Positions 25,325 through 38,681 of a DNA stretch of 38,681 bases are shown here, one piece after another. Source of the DNA: Paramecium tetraurelia (taxonomy: Eukaryota). A program made the position numbers and the translations under genes. How positions within the stretch are numbered: the stretch's first letter is position 1; each line of letters opens with the position of its first letter. Location: the NCBI GenBank assembly GCA_000165425.1, contig CT868073.1, forward strand, positions 62,001 to 100,681. The letters run 5' to 3'. The notes beneath the pieces are model-generated. The model saw only the letters and a list, made by a program, of their open reading frames with translations. It was not told the origin of the DNA and searched no databases.

Positions 25325-26216
25325 GGTTGGTAATATAAATTAAAATGATTGCAATTAAAATAAATTCCAATTAAATAAAGTACTAGGCTATTCTATATTA
25401 ATTTCAGCTTAAAGTTAACATTTTCTTTTTATAAACTTACAATTTTTTTTATAATTTCTTCATGGAATATATATTAAAATGCAGCTCATTTTTTAAATAT
25501 AGACAAATATTATCTATAGCAAACCGTTTTAATTTCAAACCTGAACTCGAAGGGTGATGCTTACTAAATTAGAATAAGAGATTTACTACCATCATATCCA
25601 AAATAAGTTCAATATTCTTTCTTTCAAAATTCTATTAATACTAACTTTATTGATTTTCAATAAAAGACTCTAGAATTTTCGAAGAATTGTAATTATTTGC
25701 AAATATAAAACAAATATAAAACAAATAATTGAAATTGCTTGAAATAACCCAAATCATCTATAATAAATAAATATCTTAAAATTTCAACAGAATTTCGACA
25801 AGGGTACCTCCAAAAGCAAACATTGATAGATTTATTGATTAATGGAATTAATAATCATAAATATAAAATCAAAATGGAGAAATCTTCAATTATTAGTTTG
25901 TCCTAAGATATTTAATCTTTAATCAATTAAGATTGGACTTTAGAAAATGGAACTGAATTTCAGATTATTAAATCAACTTTATATAGTTTTACAATTTTCA
26001 GATTTTATTGAGATTATGAATAACAATAATCAGGCTTTTGTCTTTTTCTTATAATCATATTTTTAAGTATTAAGTTTAAAATTATATTAATTAGCCTTTT
26101 TTGATCTCAAATTATTTCTTAGGTGATAATAAACTGATGATTGATTAACTAATTTTCAAAACTTAATTAGTTATCATATTAAATAATTTAAAATATTTTA
26201 TTTATTTATAACATAT

Positions 26217-29200
26217 TCATTTGATTGCTCCTTTCTCAATAAATAATTTTTCAAGGTTTTCATTTTCATTATTTTGAATTATTGATTAATTAATTCTACA
26301 ATAAAATGCTTCTATAAGCGAACTTTTTGTAAATTTATAATAACAAATTGGTAGTTTATAGTTTTTTAATGTTTGCTTATCAATCTAATATAATAGTATT
26401 GATCCATCATCCATTCCAATTATGAATTGCTTTTTAGAAGGAGTAAATTATAAATCCATTATTCTAGAACTGAAATTGTTCAAAGTGTACTTTAATTCAT
26501 TTTTTTCTGTATCAAAAATCTTTAAATCCTCTCTGTATTTGAAAGTACAAAAATATTTTGGTTTCTCATTTTATTAATTTAGAGTAGAAAAATCAAAACC
26601 CTATTTGTCTTCAATAACCCCAATTTCTGTAAAATCAGAAATGGTTTAATGAATTAATTCTCCAGATTTACTAAAAATCCTAATTGTTTATGAATCTAAA
26701 AATTAAAATGATAGTGCTTCAACTGGTTTTGTTAGATTAATTTTAACTTTTATAGAGTTCTTATCAACAATATCCCACAACCTTATTGTGTGATTTCTTC
26801 CTAAAGATAATAGCATGTTCCCATTTTATGAAAAAGCTAAAATCTAAGATTAATATTTTTATTTAAATGAGTTTCCTTCTAATTTTGCAATCAATTAACT
26901 TTTTTTTGATGATATATCATACAAATTAAAATAGGTATCAAATTAGATTGCAATCAAATTATTGGCTTCATTAAATCCAGCTGAATAATTATTTAATATA
27001 GATGGATCATCAAATGTTTCTTCTAATATTCTAACCTCTCCTAATTGAAAAACGATCATTGCACTCAAAAATCCATACATTCCATAATATTTTTAAGATA
27101 GAACTCCATATTCTTCATCTTTTACAGGGAAAATTTATAGACTCTTTGTATCATAAAAAGATAAATTATCAATTGTATAATCAAGTTTTAGATTAAACAA
27201 CTCTTAAACTTTTATCAAAACAAATCTATCATTCACGTCCCATATATAAATCTTATTATCAATATAACATGAGAATAATAATTTGCCATTACCAGAAAAA
27301 ACCAATGACATCACTTCTTTATTACTTACTTATGGTTCCTATAATATAGATTCTTTTTATTTTTTATCTATCGACCATATGATTATAGAATCTTGATCTT
27401 AAATTGCCAATTTTAAAGTATTTTCACAAATAGCTACATATTTTACTTTATTAACTTATATCCCTTGCATTTATTCATTCTTCAATTCAGATTAATTTAT
27501 TTAAATTACTTCTAATGGATTTGTTTTTATGAGTATATTTTTTGATAGAATAAATGATCTTGATGGAAAGCTCAGGTTTTCTTAAAATATTAATTTTTTA
27601 TTTTATTTACAAACCTAATCTAGATTTATAATCAATAACTTAGGATTTTTGTACTTACAGAAAAGTTGAGTTTACTCAATTTTCAATGCCAGATCACTTT
27701 CAGATAAACATGAAACTACATAGAAATGTTCGATAATGTATTTTGTATTTAATTTCCAAATATGGATTCCTAGTTAATCATCAAGTGCAGTAAAATATTG
27801 ACAGTTAGGTGAAAAGCAAACTTAAGTTGGAAGTCTTCGACCTTTTAAAAGAGTATCGATTTTTTTCAGTTCTATTAAGTCCCATCTGATGATTTCAAAA
27901 TTTGAAATGGATATCAATTAAAAACCATCTGGGGATATGCATAATGATTTAACTGAATCGGAATGACCATCCATTTCAAATTATTACTTTAAAGCTTTCA
28001 AATTCCATAACTTTATTACTTTTTCACTTACTTAAGCTATTATTCCTCTTTTTGAGACTTGAATAATTTCTATAGTTGGAGTATAACTTTTGAACATAGA
28101 TAGCAATTTACAAGTTTTGGCATCCCATAATTTAATTACTAAGTCAGAATAACTTGATATAAAATAAAGTCCATCCTAAGAAAATATAACCTGTTTCAAT
28201 TTTTGAATTGTGGCATCTTCAATCACTTCAAAGAATTAAATTATTTTGTTCGTTTCTAAATCAATAAGAGCTGATTTTTATTTTTATTTGTCATCTTTAT
28301 AGCAATAATAAGATTCGATTGCAATTAATTAAGTCTCTTGGGGATTGAGTGTGAAAAAATTAAAATTCTTTAATTTTAAATCAATTTATTTTAGAATCAC
28401 AGCAGAATTAATCTCAAATTCAGTATATATTGACTCTTATGAAACTATTATGAACAAATTACTATTATTTTAAGAAAAGTTCTGATAATAACAATTTTTT
28501 AATTCATCTCCTTTTAATGTTTTTTCGATTCTAATAGCATCTTATAGTGATTGAAAACAAATATGATTTTCATAACCAATACCTATAAATAATTAATCCT
28601 AATCGAATATTAAATCTGTTGATGTATTACCCTTATCAATTTAGATCAATTAAATTTAGTCTAATATTGATAAATTTAGCAATATACATTATATTTCGCT
28701 ATAAATACAAATTTATTATCTTTTTTCTAAAAATACCATTTTTTGTGGATTATTGGGCAATTAGATATTCACCAACTTTTCTATTGATTAAGAATCTTTT
28801 ATATCATATAATACCAACGAATTGTTATCTAATCCAATCACTATTTAATTTTAACTTATAAAACAAATAGAGAGACAACAACAATTTTATTCCAATTTAT
28901 GTATTATGTTATTAGTTTTTAGATGCTTGATAAATGCTCCAGAAATTGTGGCTACAGCCAAAAGAGAGGAATCATTAGAAAATTAGAAGTCCATGCAGTT
29001 AGTGGTAATGTATAAATTATTTGGACTGATTTATTTTTCAATATTTATAATCTCGAAACCATCTGAATTTCCCATCGCTATAAATTTTTAATTTTATGCT
29101 ACTGATAAGCAATAAGAAGAAGTACTCGAAAATTAAAATTAATGTTACATATAGATGTTCTCTTCATCTTGAATGTTTAATTGAAAAGCAACATAATTAG

Positions 29201-32200
29201 ATAAAATAATACTTTAGGTATTTAAATATAGGATTTTTTGAATATTCTGCAAATTGCTTAATCTAATTTTTTTTTCAATTTGAATCGATTTTTCAAATAT
29301 TTTCCATATCCTTAGAATTTCTATCTCACTTAATGATGCCATAATACTGCCATCTTAACTAAAACCTATATCTAACAATATTTCTTCAATTTCTAAACTT
29401 TAAATCAAACTACATTCAATTGAATTCAATAACTTGATTTCTTTGGATTATTTAAATTACAAAGACACAGCAAATTATGAATTTGGCCAAAAACAAATTT
29501 TATTGGACTCTATTGGCAATTACATTTATATTTCAACTTATTTTTAATCCAAATTTATGATATTCCAAAAAATAATTGTTTTATCTAAACTGCACGATAC
29601 CATTTTTGTTCCATCAATTGAGAATCCAAAATCTAAAACCTAATTTGTATGAGCTTCTAGTCTTATAATTAGTCTCTGTTTTTATAAATCCCATAGACAA
29701 ATAGTACTATCTTTGCTAGCTGAACCTAAAACTAAATTATCATTTCTGAATTTTAAGCATAAAATATCCTCAGTTTATTCGACAAACTTTGAGAGCATCC
29801 TTATTTGATGAAGGTTATTTAAGCCCCATATTTGGATTTAGAGGACTTCCTTTTCACTGTTTTTCTAATTGCAGCAAGCTAATATTTCAGAATTTGGAGA
29901 TATCTCAATTAAATAAATTTTTAATTAAGTATCTATTCTAAAAGAGTCTTATTGATCAAGTATCTATTATACATCATATAACTTCAGTGAATTCTTTTTA
30001 GACATTGAAGCAATCATTTTACTGTCAAACGAAAATGATATTTAATTTGTAGTAACTTATTAATCTAAAGAAAATAACAAATAAACCTGATATAGGTTCT
30101 CAATATTCAAGAAATCTAATCTCTTGTTTCCTCCAATTACTAAGACTTTAGAATCTTTTGAAAATACGATTGCGTTGATAGGTTATTACTATTATTGAAA
30201 CTCTATTATTTCTTAGATATCTTTTATATTGTTAGCATTCCAAATTTTAATTTTAGTGCCTCCTGTAGCTAAAAGTTAAGAATCAGAAGAAATTGCAATA
30301 CACTTTATTGAATCTTTATTCTTTCCTTTTGATAGATATTTTTATTATTATAATTTTAGCAGATTTTGCATTTGCCAAAAATATATTTCTTCTGAACTTG
30401 ATTTTGTTGCTAAATATTTACCATCTTAAGATAAATAAAGATTATGGTAACGATAATTTTATAATAATTACTATCCCATTTAACTCAAATCGTTTGAATT
30501 AAAGCAGTATATGCTATTTTAAGTAAGACATACTAAAAAATTGTTACTTTTAAGGAAAGTTTACAATTTTTCATTTTATGGTAAGCATACACTCTTAGGT
30601 TCCCCATCGCCTTATAACTTCCAGAGAGTTATAACTCCGTCTTCACTGCTTGATATTAAATTATTACCATCATCACTGAAAGCAATTTAATTGATTTTTG
30701 ATTTATGCCCAAATAATGAAGGTTTCTCTTTGCAAATTATATTTTTCCAAGTTGAATTCTCTATAGTTGCACAATTAAAATTACATGAATCGATCTCAAC
30801 ATTATTAAATTATGTATGGTTCAAATTACACTTATAAAAACTGATTCCATTTAATTTTGTATCTGCTAGGCATATGTTACTTAAATCAAAATTTTCAAAA
30901 TAAGCCCTTAGATAGCTTAAAAGATAAAGTGAATTAGAAGCAGATCTAATAAATTTACGATCGGAATCTAACTTTGATAATGAGACTATTTATATTAGTT
31001 TATTTTTAATTTCTTCTATCTTTAATACTTTTGGTTTTAATAAATCTAAAGTGCCTGAATAATGTTCTTATGATAGATTAAATTAATCCTTATTAAAGCT
31101 GCTTTTATATAATGCCATTTCATCAACTATTAGTTTCTCCTTAATAAAGATTCTCGTAATCAAATTCAGAAGATAGTAAGCCACAAAATATTCCTAAATG
31201 GATTTATGATTGAATGCATAAATACCACTTTTAGAATTAATCAACATACTCTTTCTTAAAATAGCTTTGTATTCAAAATCATCTTAATTTTCACTAAAAT
31301 ATGCATCTTCCCAAGAGGCTTCAACTCTCCTCTCTTCTTCTGCTTATTATATATGTAATTTTCCTTTTTATTTATAATTTACTTGTGTAATTTATCTTTA
31401 GGACATATCTAAAGCCAAATAAATAGAAAAGTCTAATAAGTCTGATAAAAAACTTTCGTGTGAAAGACTTTTCCCTAAATCTTTCAATTTTTATAATTAC
31501 TAATTGTGATAGAAATCTACAAATATTTCATAAAAATCAAAAGCAGTAAATTAATTTAAATTAAAAGCCGAAACAATAAAGTTGGCATCTTGCCTCACTT
31601 TAAAGTGTTTGTTCGAAATTAACGTAGTATCATTAATGTATTCTATAGAATTAGCTAAAGAAAATGATTCAAAAAAGTTTTAATTATCTAAATCTTCTAT
31701 AATTTAAGTAAATTATTCTAATATTACAAGTTCTAATTTTTGCTCATTAGGATTGATTTTCATATAATTTTACTCCTCAGTGTTCTAAACTTAATTAATT
31801 TTCCTTTTACAATATTTTTCAATCATATCTTTCGATTTCTAAGCTTCTGTTTTCAAAATCATAAAGTTTTTTTACAATTCAACTCTTATTATATTTGATT
31901 GTGAGTAATATTATAACATTTTTGGTAATATGTAAACAATTATTTCCATCATAAAAGGAGTGCCCATTAAATGAAATATATTAATATTATAAATCACTTT
32001 TAAAAATCTTTGTTCTCCCCATAACTAAAGCAGTTCCTTTTTTAAAGAAACCATTTAATTTGATGATAAAAAATTAAAAAATTCAACTTATTATATTTTC
32101 TATAAGAACCTTTCAACGTCCTAAGTCTAAAATAAGACTTCAGAATTTTGTTGTTGTTAAATAATAGAATATATTGTGCTTTCTAATTGGCTCCAAACCA

Positions 32201-35200
32201 ATCTAAATTCATCTAAAGAAAAGTTCTAGCCTTTTAATTACTTAAGAAATTCATAAAACTTCTTAATCGTCCTTTTAATGCTTATTTAAACGTATATTTT
32301 AATATATTAAAAACTTTATTCTTGACTAAATGGTAATATTTCAACCTCTTTTAGAGTTTCAATACTCTAACCATAAAACCATGTTTAATATCCGATTGAA
32401 TTTAATATTTCTTCTCTCGTAGTAATAATAATTTTAACAGATTACCCTGATGTTTATATATTGAGATCCTAAATCAGTCTATTTGTTTGGTAAAGGTTTG
32501 TTCCAATACATTTAAATTTCATCTCATCATAGCTATCCAATATAATTACTACTTTTAGATTTCCATTTATTATTGCATCCTTAAATTCTCTTACTTGAAT
32601 TTTATCAAAGTTATAATTTTCAGATTCGAGGGCTTGCTCAATTAAATTGTGATTAGGATCTTTTAAAGAAGGGAGTGACACATAAATTGGAATCCAATTA
32701 GGCCAAATCATATCGCAACTCCATATTAATTCTTCTATATTACGGGATGCTCTACTTTTCCCTGAACCTGCTTTGCCTTTAATTAACATAATATCCTTAT
32801 TCTTTTCATAATCACTCCATAAGAATTCGTTTACTTCTCCATCAAAATTATCATATCGATTTGCTATTAAAAATGTGATGAATTCACCATTACTATTAGT
32901 CTTCTTATTTCCAGTTATAGGATCATAATCCTGAGTTGTAATCTATATATGAACTTAATCTAACTGTTACTCGTGCATTGATATTTAAACCTTTTGTTTT
33001 CGTATATTTAACAACTCTTAAAAATTCTTCCCTCTTAATCTTCTTACATCATCTTAAACCCGTTTTACGCTTTCTAAAACCTAATCGATAGAAGATTTAA
33101 TATTTTTCAAGTCTTTACTAATTTCTCTTAAAAATATTAAACTAATGTCTAATCTTTATGACATATCTGTAATATTATCCAAATATATTTCATAATTATC
33201 ATAGGCTTGTTAGAGTTTTATTTTCATTTCATCTTAATTTTCACTAAGTAATACCTAGGTTTCTAGTTATTATATCTATCTTAATCTTGATTGCATTTCC
33301 TTTTTCAATTCATCTGAGAAATTCTGTAAATCTTTAGAGAACAACCCCTTCTACATCATTATCATTTCTTCATTTTTCAGAAGATTTCTAACACTTGGAT
33401 GTTTCTCAATTATCCAAATTTGTCTTAATAAATTGTCACAAAATCCTGATATAGTTTATTCTTAAACTATTGATTACATCTTAATTAAATTGAATACTAG
33501 TAATTCCCTAACTTTATATGAAGAATTTTGAAACATATCAGACAATCCTTCTTTGTAATTCATCTTCATTGCATTTGTAAATTGCATAATCATATCTTAT
33601 ATTTTATCAACCTTTGCATCTTTATCTTAGACTTCCTAATTTTCTAAAAAGAGAGTATTAAAGTTAATCATTTATGTAATTACAGGAACTTATTCTAAAT
33701 TAGGTTGACTTTGTAGCTTTATCATAAAATCCTCATCTAAAATAAGTTGTTCATCTTTATTAATCTTTTAACAACATTCTAAAGTTTATTTCACTAAATC
33801 AAGGAATGCTTGATTTAAACTTTCTTTAAAGGCATTCTTTAAATTACTGAGTAATTATAAATTTAATTATTAATTTTAACAACTTGCATCAAGAAGATGT
33901 TATTAAAATATTCGCTTTAACATTTTGGATTTATTAATTAAACTGTCTATCATTTAAAATACTCTATCAAAATCAAATAAATCTTTCATTTACAACTTCA
34001 ATATTTCGGCTTGGTGTAATTCTACTTGATCTTTGGTTGATTATTTAATATCTTGTTTTTTATCAATTTGATTTATTAACTAAAGCTGATTATCTAATAA
34101 TGTAATAATTTCTTAATATATAACATTTCTATCTTAAACTAAACCAATTAATTCTAATTTCATTTGAATTTTCGATAATAATAATGTATAATGAACTTTG
34201 ATTTGTTCTTACCAATCCTTTTTTTATATTTCAATTTTTTCTTTAATAATTTGATTTGATATTTTATTGAAATCTATTAATATATCATTTGTAAATTCTA
34301 CATTTTGATATTTTTTGAATACTATTTACAACTTTTCCTTCTTATCGATTATTTACGATTTGATGTATTCGTTTATATCTTTTTCGTTTTAAAATTACCT
34401 TTCAACTTCAAAATTTGTATTTGCAAACACCCCTTTTAATGAAGTTTCTAAAGATATAATTTTTCTTTGATGTAATTTAAGAATCATTATTAATCCTTTG
34501 TAAATGTTTAAATTAGAATAAATCATCATCAAAATTTTTCTTATATCACTCTCTTATTCAATTTATAACGTATCGTTTAACATAGCTTAAAAATGCACCT
34601 GAATTTCATTAACCATAAATAATATCAAATTTGGATTAAGTAGTTTAGTTATCTATTTTGCTATATTTTTTTAAGAAATATGTTCCTTCATAAAACCTTT
34701 TAATTATTTCTACCCTAAAATTGATAAAACATTTCTCTTTATGGTCGACACTTATACAACAAAATTATCTAAATAATTGTTGATATTATTAATAATAATG
34801 ATATTTTAATTTATTTAAGGTTCAAAATATTATTCCAATTAAAGATCATTGATAATTAATTCATCATGGGAAATAGTTGTAAATTAACAAATTTATATCC
34901 AAAACCTAGATACTAGTTATAAATTATTTAAAAATTCTATCATATGTTTGTTTTCAACTTCTTAAATAGCTGCTAATATTTATAGCTTTTATACATTTTG
35001 TTTCTCGTCCAAATTTTCAACATTATTTAAAACTATTTTTTAAATAATAGAATTTGTCAAAATTTCTTTATTTATTAATAAATTTATCTCATTGGTTAAG
35101 CATTGTAATAAGAAACTGGATTATTTTATTTAACGCATTAGAAACATTATTTCCTATCTGTTTATTTTGATTTCTATTTAATTATTTTTTGATAGCAAGG

Positions 35201-36695
35201 CATTATGCTAACTCACTTATTATTTAACAGCTTCTAAATTACTTATTATCTGCTCTTTAGAAGTTCTTAATTAGGTTATTAATGCTTTCAGTATTTCTAA
35301 GTTTGATTAATTTGTTAACAGTTGAATAAAAAGTTCCAAATGATTTAATTACTCTCCTTTTTTTACATTAAAATTAAAATTGATATAGTTTGGTAATAGT
35401 TAAATTTCCTCTTAATTATGAATCAAATACTCTTAAAATAATTTCAATGCTCTAAACTTTTTAAAGATTATAATTTTTTCTTCAAAAATCTTTAGTTTGG
35501 CAACAAATTTTTTATATGGCAATTAAATTATTGCATTTTCATTTATTAGTAATTCCCAAACTTCTTAATCAGAGGTTCCTTATTAAGTAAAACTTGCTAT
35601 TTAATTCTTTTGGATTATAGGTCTGAAACACATTAGATCAGATATCAAATTGATCCAACAATAATGTAACATCCAATCCTATGAAAATTTGATGTACTTT
35701 AAGTACGCATCTTAGATTGTAATAATAATATTCTGAATGGAGTATCCTAATGTTAATTAACTCAATATTGACCATTTGAGGTTTTCGAAAAAATAATAAA
35801 TTTCATATATTTTTAGAGGATTTTATATTTGCTTATCATAGAAATTCAAAAGTAAAAGTTTTCCTCCTTCAATTATTGAATTTATTAATTCGTCACTAGG
35901 TTTTAGTTAGGAGATTGAAGACATCAACCCACACATAATAGAGATTGCTAATTCTTAACTTTTTCCAGAGTTTGTCCTACAATGAACAATGCAAGTCTTA
36001 ATCATTTAAAGCTCAAATGCCCACTCCATTGATCCAAAATTTTATTTGCTTCTACTGTAATTTGTGATTCAATTTCAGATATAATATCCCAATAATTTTT
36101 TTTTTAAATCTTCCTTCATATACCTTTCTTCATTCTTTAATTAATATGAAAATATTATTCTAAATAGATCATTACAAATTTAGAGCAGAGAGTAAAATAG
36201 GTAACCAGAAAGCTTGAGGTAAGTAGTTAATTATTTCAGTAGTTATTCAACCATTTTTTCTATTAATTCATAATTGTGTGAGAGTAAAGATTCTTCTTGA
36301 CAGATTATATGAAATTGCTCTTTATGATTTTAAAACCACTAAAATGCTGAAAGCACTTCATCTTAATACATTTTATCTTAAAACCTTAATGATTTCTCTA
36401 TAATGATGTTAGTAAATTGTTATAAATCAGATGCAAAATTCTCTTCAAGTTAGTTTTATCTATAAGTAAAATCAGAATAGACTTTCTTTGTTCCACAGCA
36501 TCCCCCACCTCTTAATTGAATATATGAAGTCTAATTTTGGATATTGAATTGATAATTTGAGGATTCAAATTTTTTTGGATTTTGAAACTGTTACCTATTT
36601 TCTTTTTTGCTTTTATTCTGTAAAGTCAAAGCTAATAAATTAATCTTACTTATAAATTTACTAGGCTTTGCTATTTATTAGTAAAGTAAGCACAT
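26217..36695 (-). CDS. Giant NLR-like STAND protein: N-terminal helical region, coiled coil, NACHT-like NTPase, pentapeptide repeats, many WD40 repeats (~3,490 codons)
   Basis: Walker A GKAGSGKS at 32754-32777 and Walker B VVIILDSYDE at ~32523-32552. Pentapeptide-like FDLSNICLADTKLNGISFYKCNLNHTQF at ~30760-30900. WD40 repeats such as GHKSKINQIAFSDDGNNLISSSEDGVITLW span ~30720-26400. The same frame was seen at each point checked, apart from a local disruption at ~36020-36095. The start codon is tentative. Confidence 0.9.
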
Positions 36696-36841
36696 TAATA
36701 AATAATAATAATTATAGAGATGGATTAAATATCAAAAAACGATTTATTTCATTATTTAGAATTAAGGGATGATAATTAGAATGTTAAGTAAAATCAATAT
36801 TTGGGATTATAATTTAATATCAAAAAGGTATGTACGTTGTT

Positions 36842-37718
36842 NNNNNNNNNNNNNNNNNNNNNNNNNNNNNNNNNNNNNNNNNNNNNNNNNNNNNNNNNNN
36901 NNNNNNNNNNNNNNNNNNNNNNNNNNNNNNNNNNNNNNNNNNNNNNNNNNNNNNNNNNNNNNNNNNNNNNNNNNNNNNNNNNNNNNNNNNNNNNNNNNNN
37001 NNNNNNNNNNNNNNNNNNNNNNNNNNNNNNNNNNNNNNNNNNNNNNNNNNNNNNNNNNNNNNNNNNNNNNNNNNNNNNNNNNNNNNNNNNNNNNNNNNNN
37101 NNNNNNNNNNNNNNNNNNNNNNNNNNNNNNNNNNNNNNNNNNNNNNNNNNNNNNNNNNNNNNNNNNNNNNNNNNNNNNNNNNNNNNNNNNNNNNNNNNNN
37201 NNNNNNNNNNNNNNNNNNNNNNNNNNNNNNNNNNNNNNNNNNNNNNNNNNNNNNNNNNNNNNNNNNNNNNNNNNNNNNNNNNNNNNNNNNNNNNNNNNNN
37301 NNNNNNNNNNNNNNNNNNNNNNNNNNNNNNNNNNNNNNNNNNNNNNNNNNNNNNNNNNNNNNNNNNNNNNNNNNNNNNNNNNNNNNNNNNNNNNNNNNNN
37401 NNNNNNNNNNNNNNNNNNNNNNNNNNNNNNNNNNNNNNNNNNNNNNNNNNNNNNNNNNNNNNNNNNNNNNNNNNNNNNNNNNNNNNNNNNNNNNNNNNNN
37501 NNNNNNNNNNNNNNNNNNNNNNNNNNNNNNNNNNNNNNNNNNNNNNNNNNNNNNNNNNNNNNNNNNNNNNNNNNNNNNNNNNNNNNNNNNNNNNNNNNNN
37601 NNNNNNNNNNNNNNNNNNNNNNNNNNNNNNNNNNNNNNNNNNNNNNNNNNNNNNNNNNNNNNNNNNNNNNNNNNNNNNNNNNNNNNNNNNNNNNNNNNNN
37701 NNNNNNNNNNNNNNNNNN
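36842..37718. other. Assembly gap (N run)
   Basis: Run of N. Confidence 1.
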
Positions 37719-37879
37719 TAAACAATCTTCATACTTAATACATTACATCAGAAATCATTTAAGTTTAAAATTAAATTCTAATACAATTGTCAAGTAATTT
37801 GATCCCTTACATTTATTTCTGTGTTTACATTTACTATTTTGAAGCAATCATTAATTTGATCATCTAATATGTTCAAATA

Positions 37880-38681
37880 AAATGTTTGATGGATAAAAGG
37901 TTAAGAGACAAGAATATAATCTCCAAAATCTAGGTCTCTTCATTTATATTTGATGATATGATTTTCACTAGTTCAAAAAGGAAATTAATGTATTATACAA
38001 AACATCTATAGATAATTTTGTCTATATAATGAATTACCAAATAACTTAATAGATTTTAAAAAATTTAGATTAAATTGATTAATTTAAAATAATCACCAGA
38101 TAAGTTTCGCCATCTTAAAATAGTTTGCTAAGGATTCTAAAGAAGAATTGCATACCTAATAAATTTAACTGAAAGAAATCATACAACAAAAGTGTATCTT
38201 TTATAGTAAAATTATCTTGCAAAAATTTTTAAATGCAAGATAATCTTGAACATATATATAATCTTAATCCATAGACTATGATATACTCCCAGCTATTTAT
38301 TATAAAAATACTGACGATCATAAGAAGATAAATTTAAACATAAAGCCTATAAGTAAATTTATTGATTTGAAGGAGAAAAAATTAAGCCATATTGGCAGTT
38401 TCTTAAATCAACTTCGCTTAATGAATTTAATAATCATCAACTTTGTGTTTAGATGGTGGTTAAAAAGGGAAATAAATCAAATTAGAATAAATTAAATAAG
38501 TGTAAGTCTAAATGAAATAATTTGGAATAGCAAAGTAGAAATCCTTACTCATAATCTAGGCACATTGATCTTTTGCATCGCTGCGTCATTAATTTACACA
38601 ATCTATTTCAAGATTAAGTGAATTTATTAATCTTACAAAATGTTAATCTTGTGATATCTAGATAATATGGCTATATTTCTC
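37880..38681 (+). pseudogene. Coding-like but TGA-interrupted sequence, possible decayed gene
   Basis: Protein-like stretches on the + strand are repeatedly broken by TGA. No recognisable domain. Confidence 0.25.

Noticed and set aside
25700..25727. Short tandem repeat CAAATATAAAA x ~2.5
   Set aside because: Expected by chance or slippage in very AT-rich DNA; it is not a CRISPR or telomeric repeat.
36769..37797. ORFs spanning the second N run
   Set aside because: Artefacts of translating an assembly gap.
1..38681. Apparent mass pseudogenisation (TAA/TAG in every gene) and the short ORFs of the supplied track
   Set aside because: TAA/TAG fall at conserved Gln positions, such as PARG AQEE and cathepsin QGNC, so this is genetic code 6. 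Most listed ORFs are antisense or off-frame. Only 2995-3192, 9671-9910, 10952-11197, part of 14551-14766 and 32469-32789 are fragments of recognisable proteins.
1..38681. Retained IESs, transposons, telomeric repeats or structural RNA genes
   Set aside because: I saw no transposase or RT motifs, no C4A2/C3A3 tracts and no tRNA/rRNA-like segments. TA-bounded IESs cannot be called without germline versus somatic comparison.

Overview
This is AT-rich, gene-dense ciliate DNA, most likely a Paramecium macronuclear scaffold. Long reading frames only appear when TAA/TAG are read as Gln and TGA as the sole stop (translation table 6), and genes are split by 21-28 nt GT..AG introns. The supplied standard-code ORF track is therefore mostly fragments or antisense noise, and I re-translated by hand. 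Contents in order: a coiled-coil gene (partial); an intronless 774-aa Piwi with an intact DEDH slicer tetrad; a small coiled-coil gene; a membrane-anchored cathepsin-B-like pseudoprotease (Cys->Ser, His->Gln); a group I truncated hemoglobin; hypothetical genes; an LRR protein; a Bax-inhibitor-1/TMBIM protein with Glu in place of both sensor Asp residues; a WD40 protein; a large type I membrane protein; a poly(ADP-ribose) glycohydrolase; a Gln-rich partial gene; and a ~3,490-codon NLR-like NACHT-pentapeptide-WD40 gene. There are two assembly gaps. The most striking observation is in the NLR-like protein, where a ubiquitin-type C-terminal motif (LRGG) directly precedes a consensus N-myristoylation/palmitoylation signal (GCCGTKK). 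This suggests protease-gated lipidation and membrane targeting, which is an untested inference.
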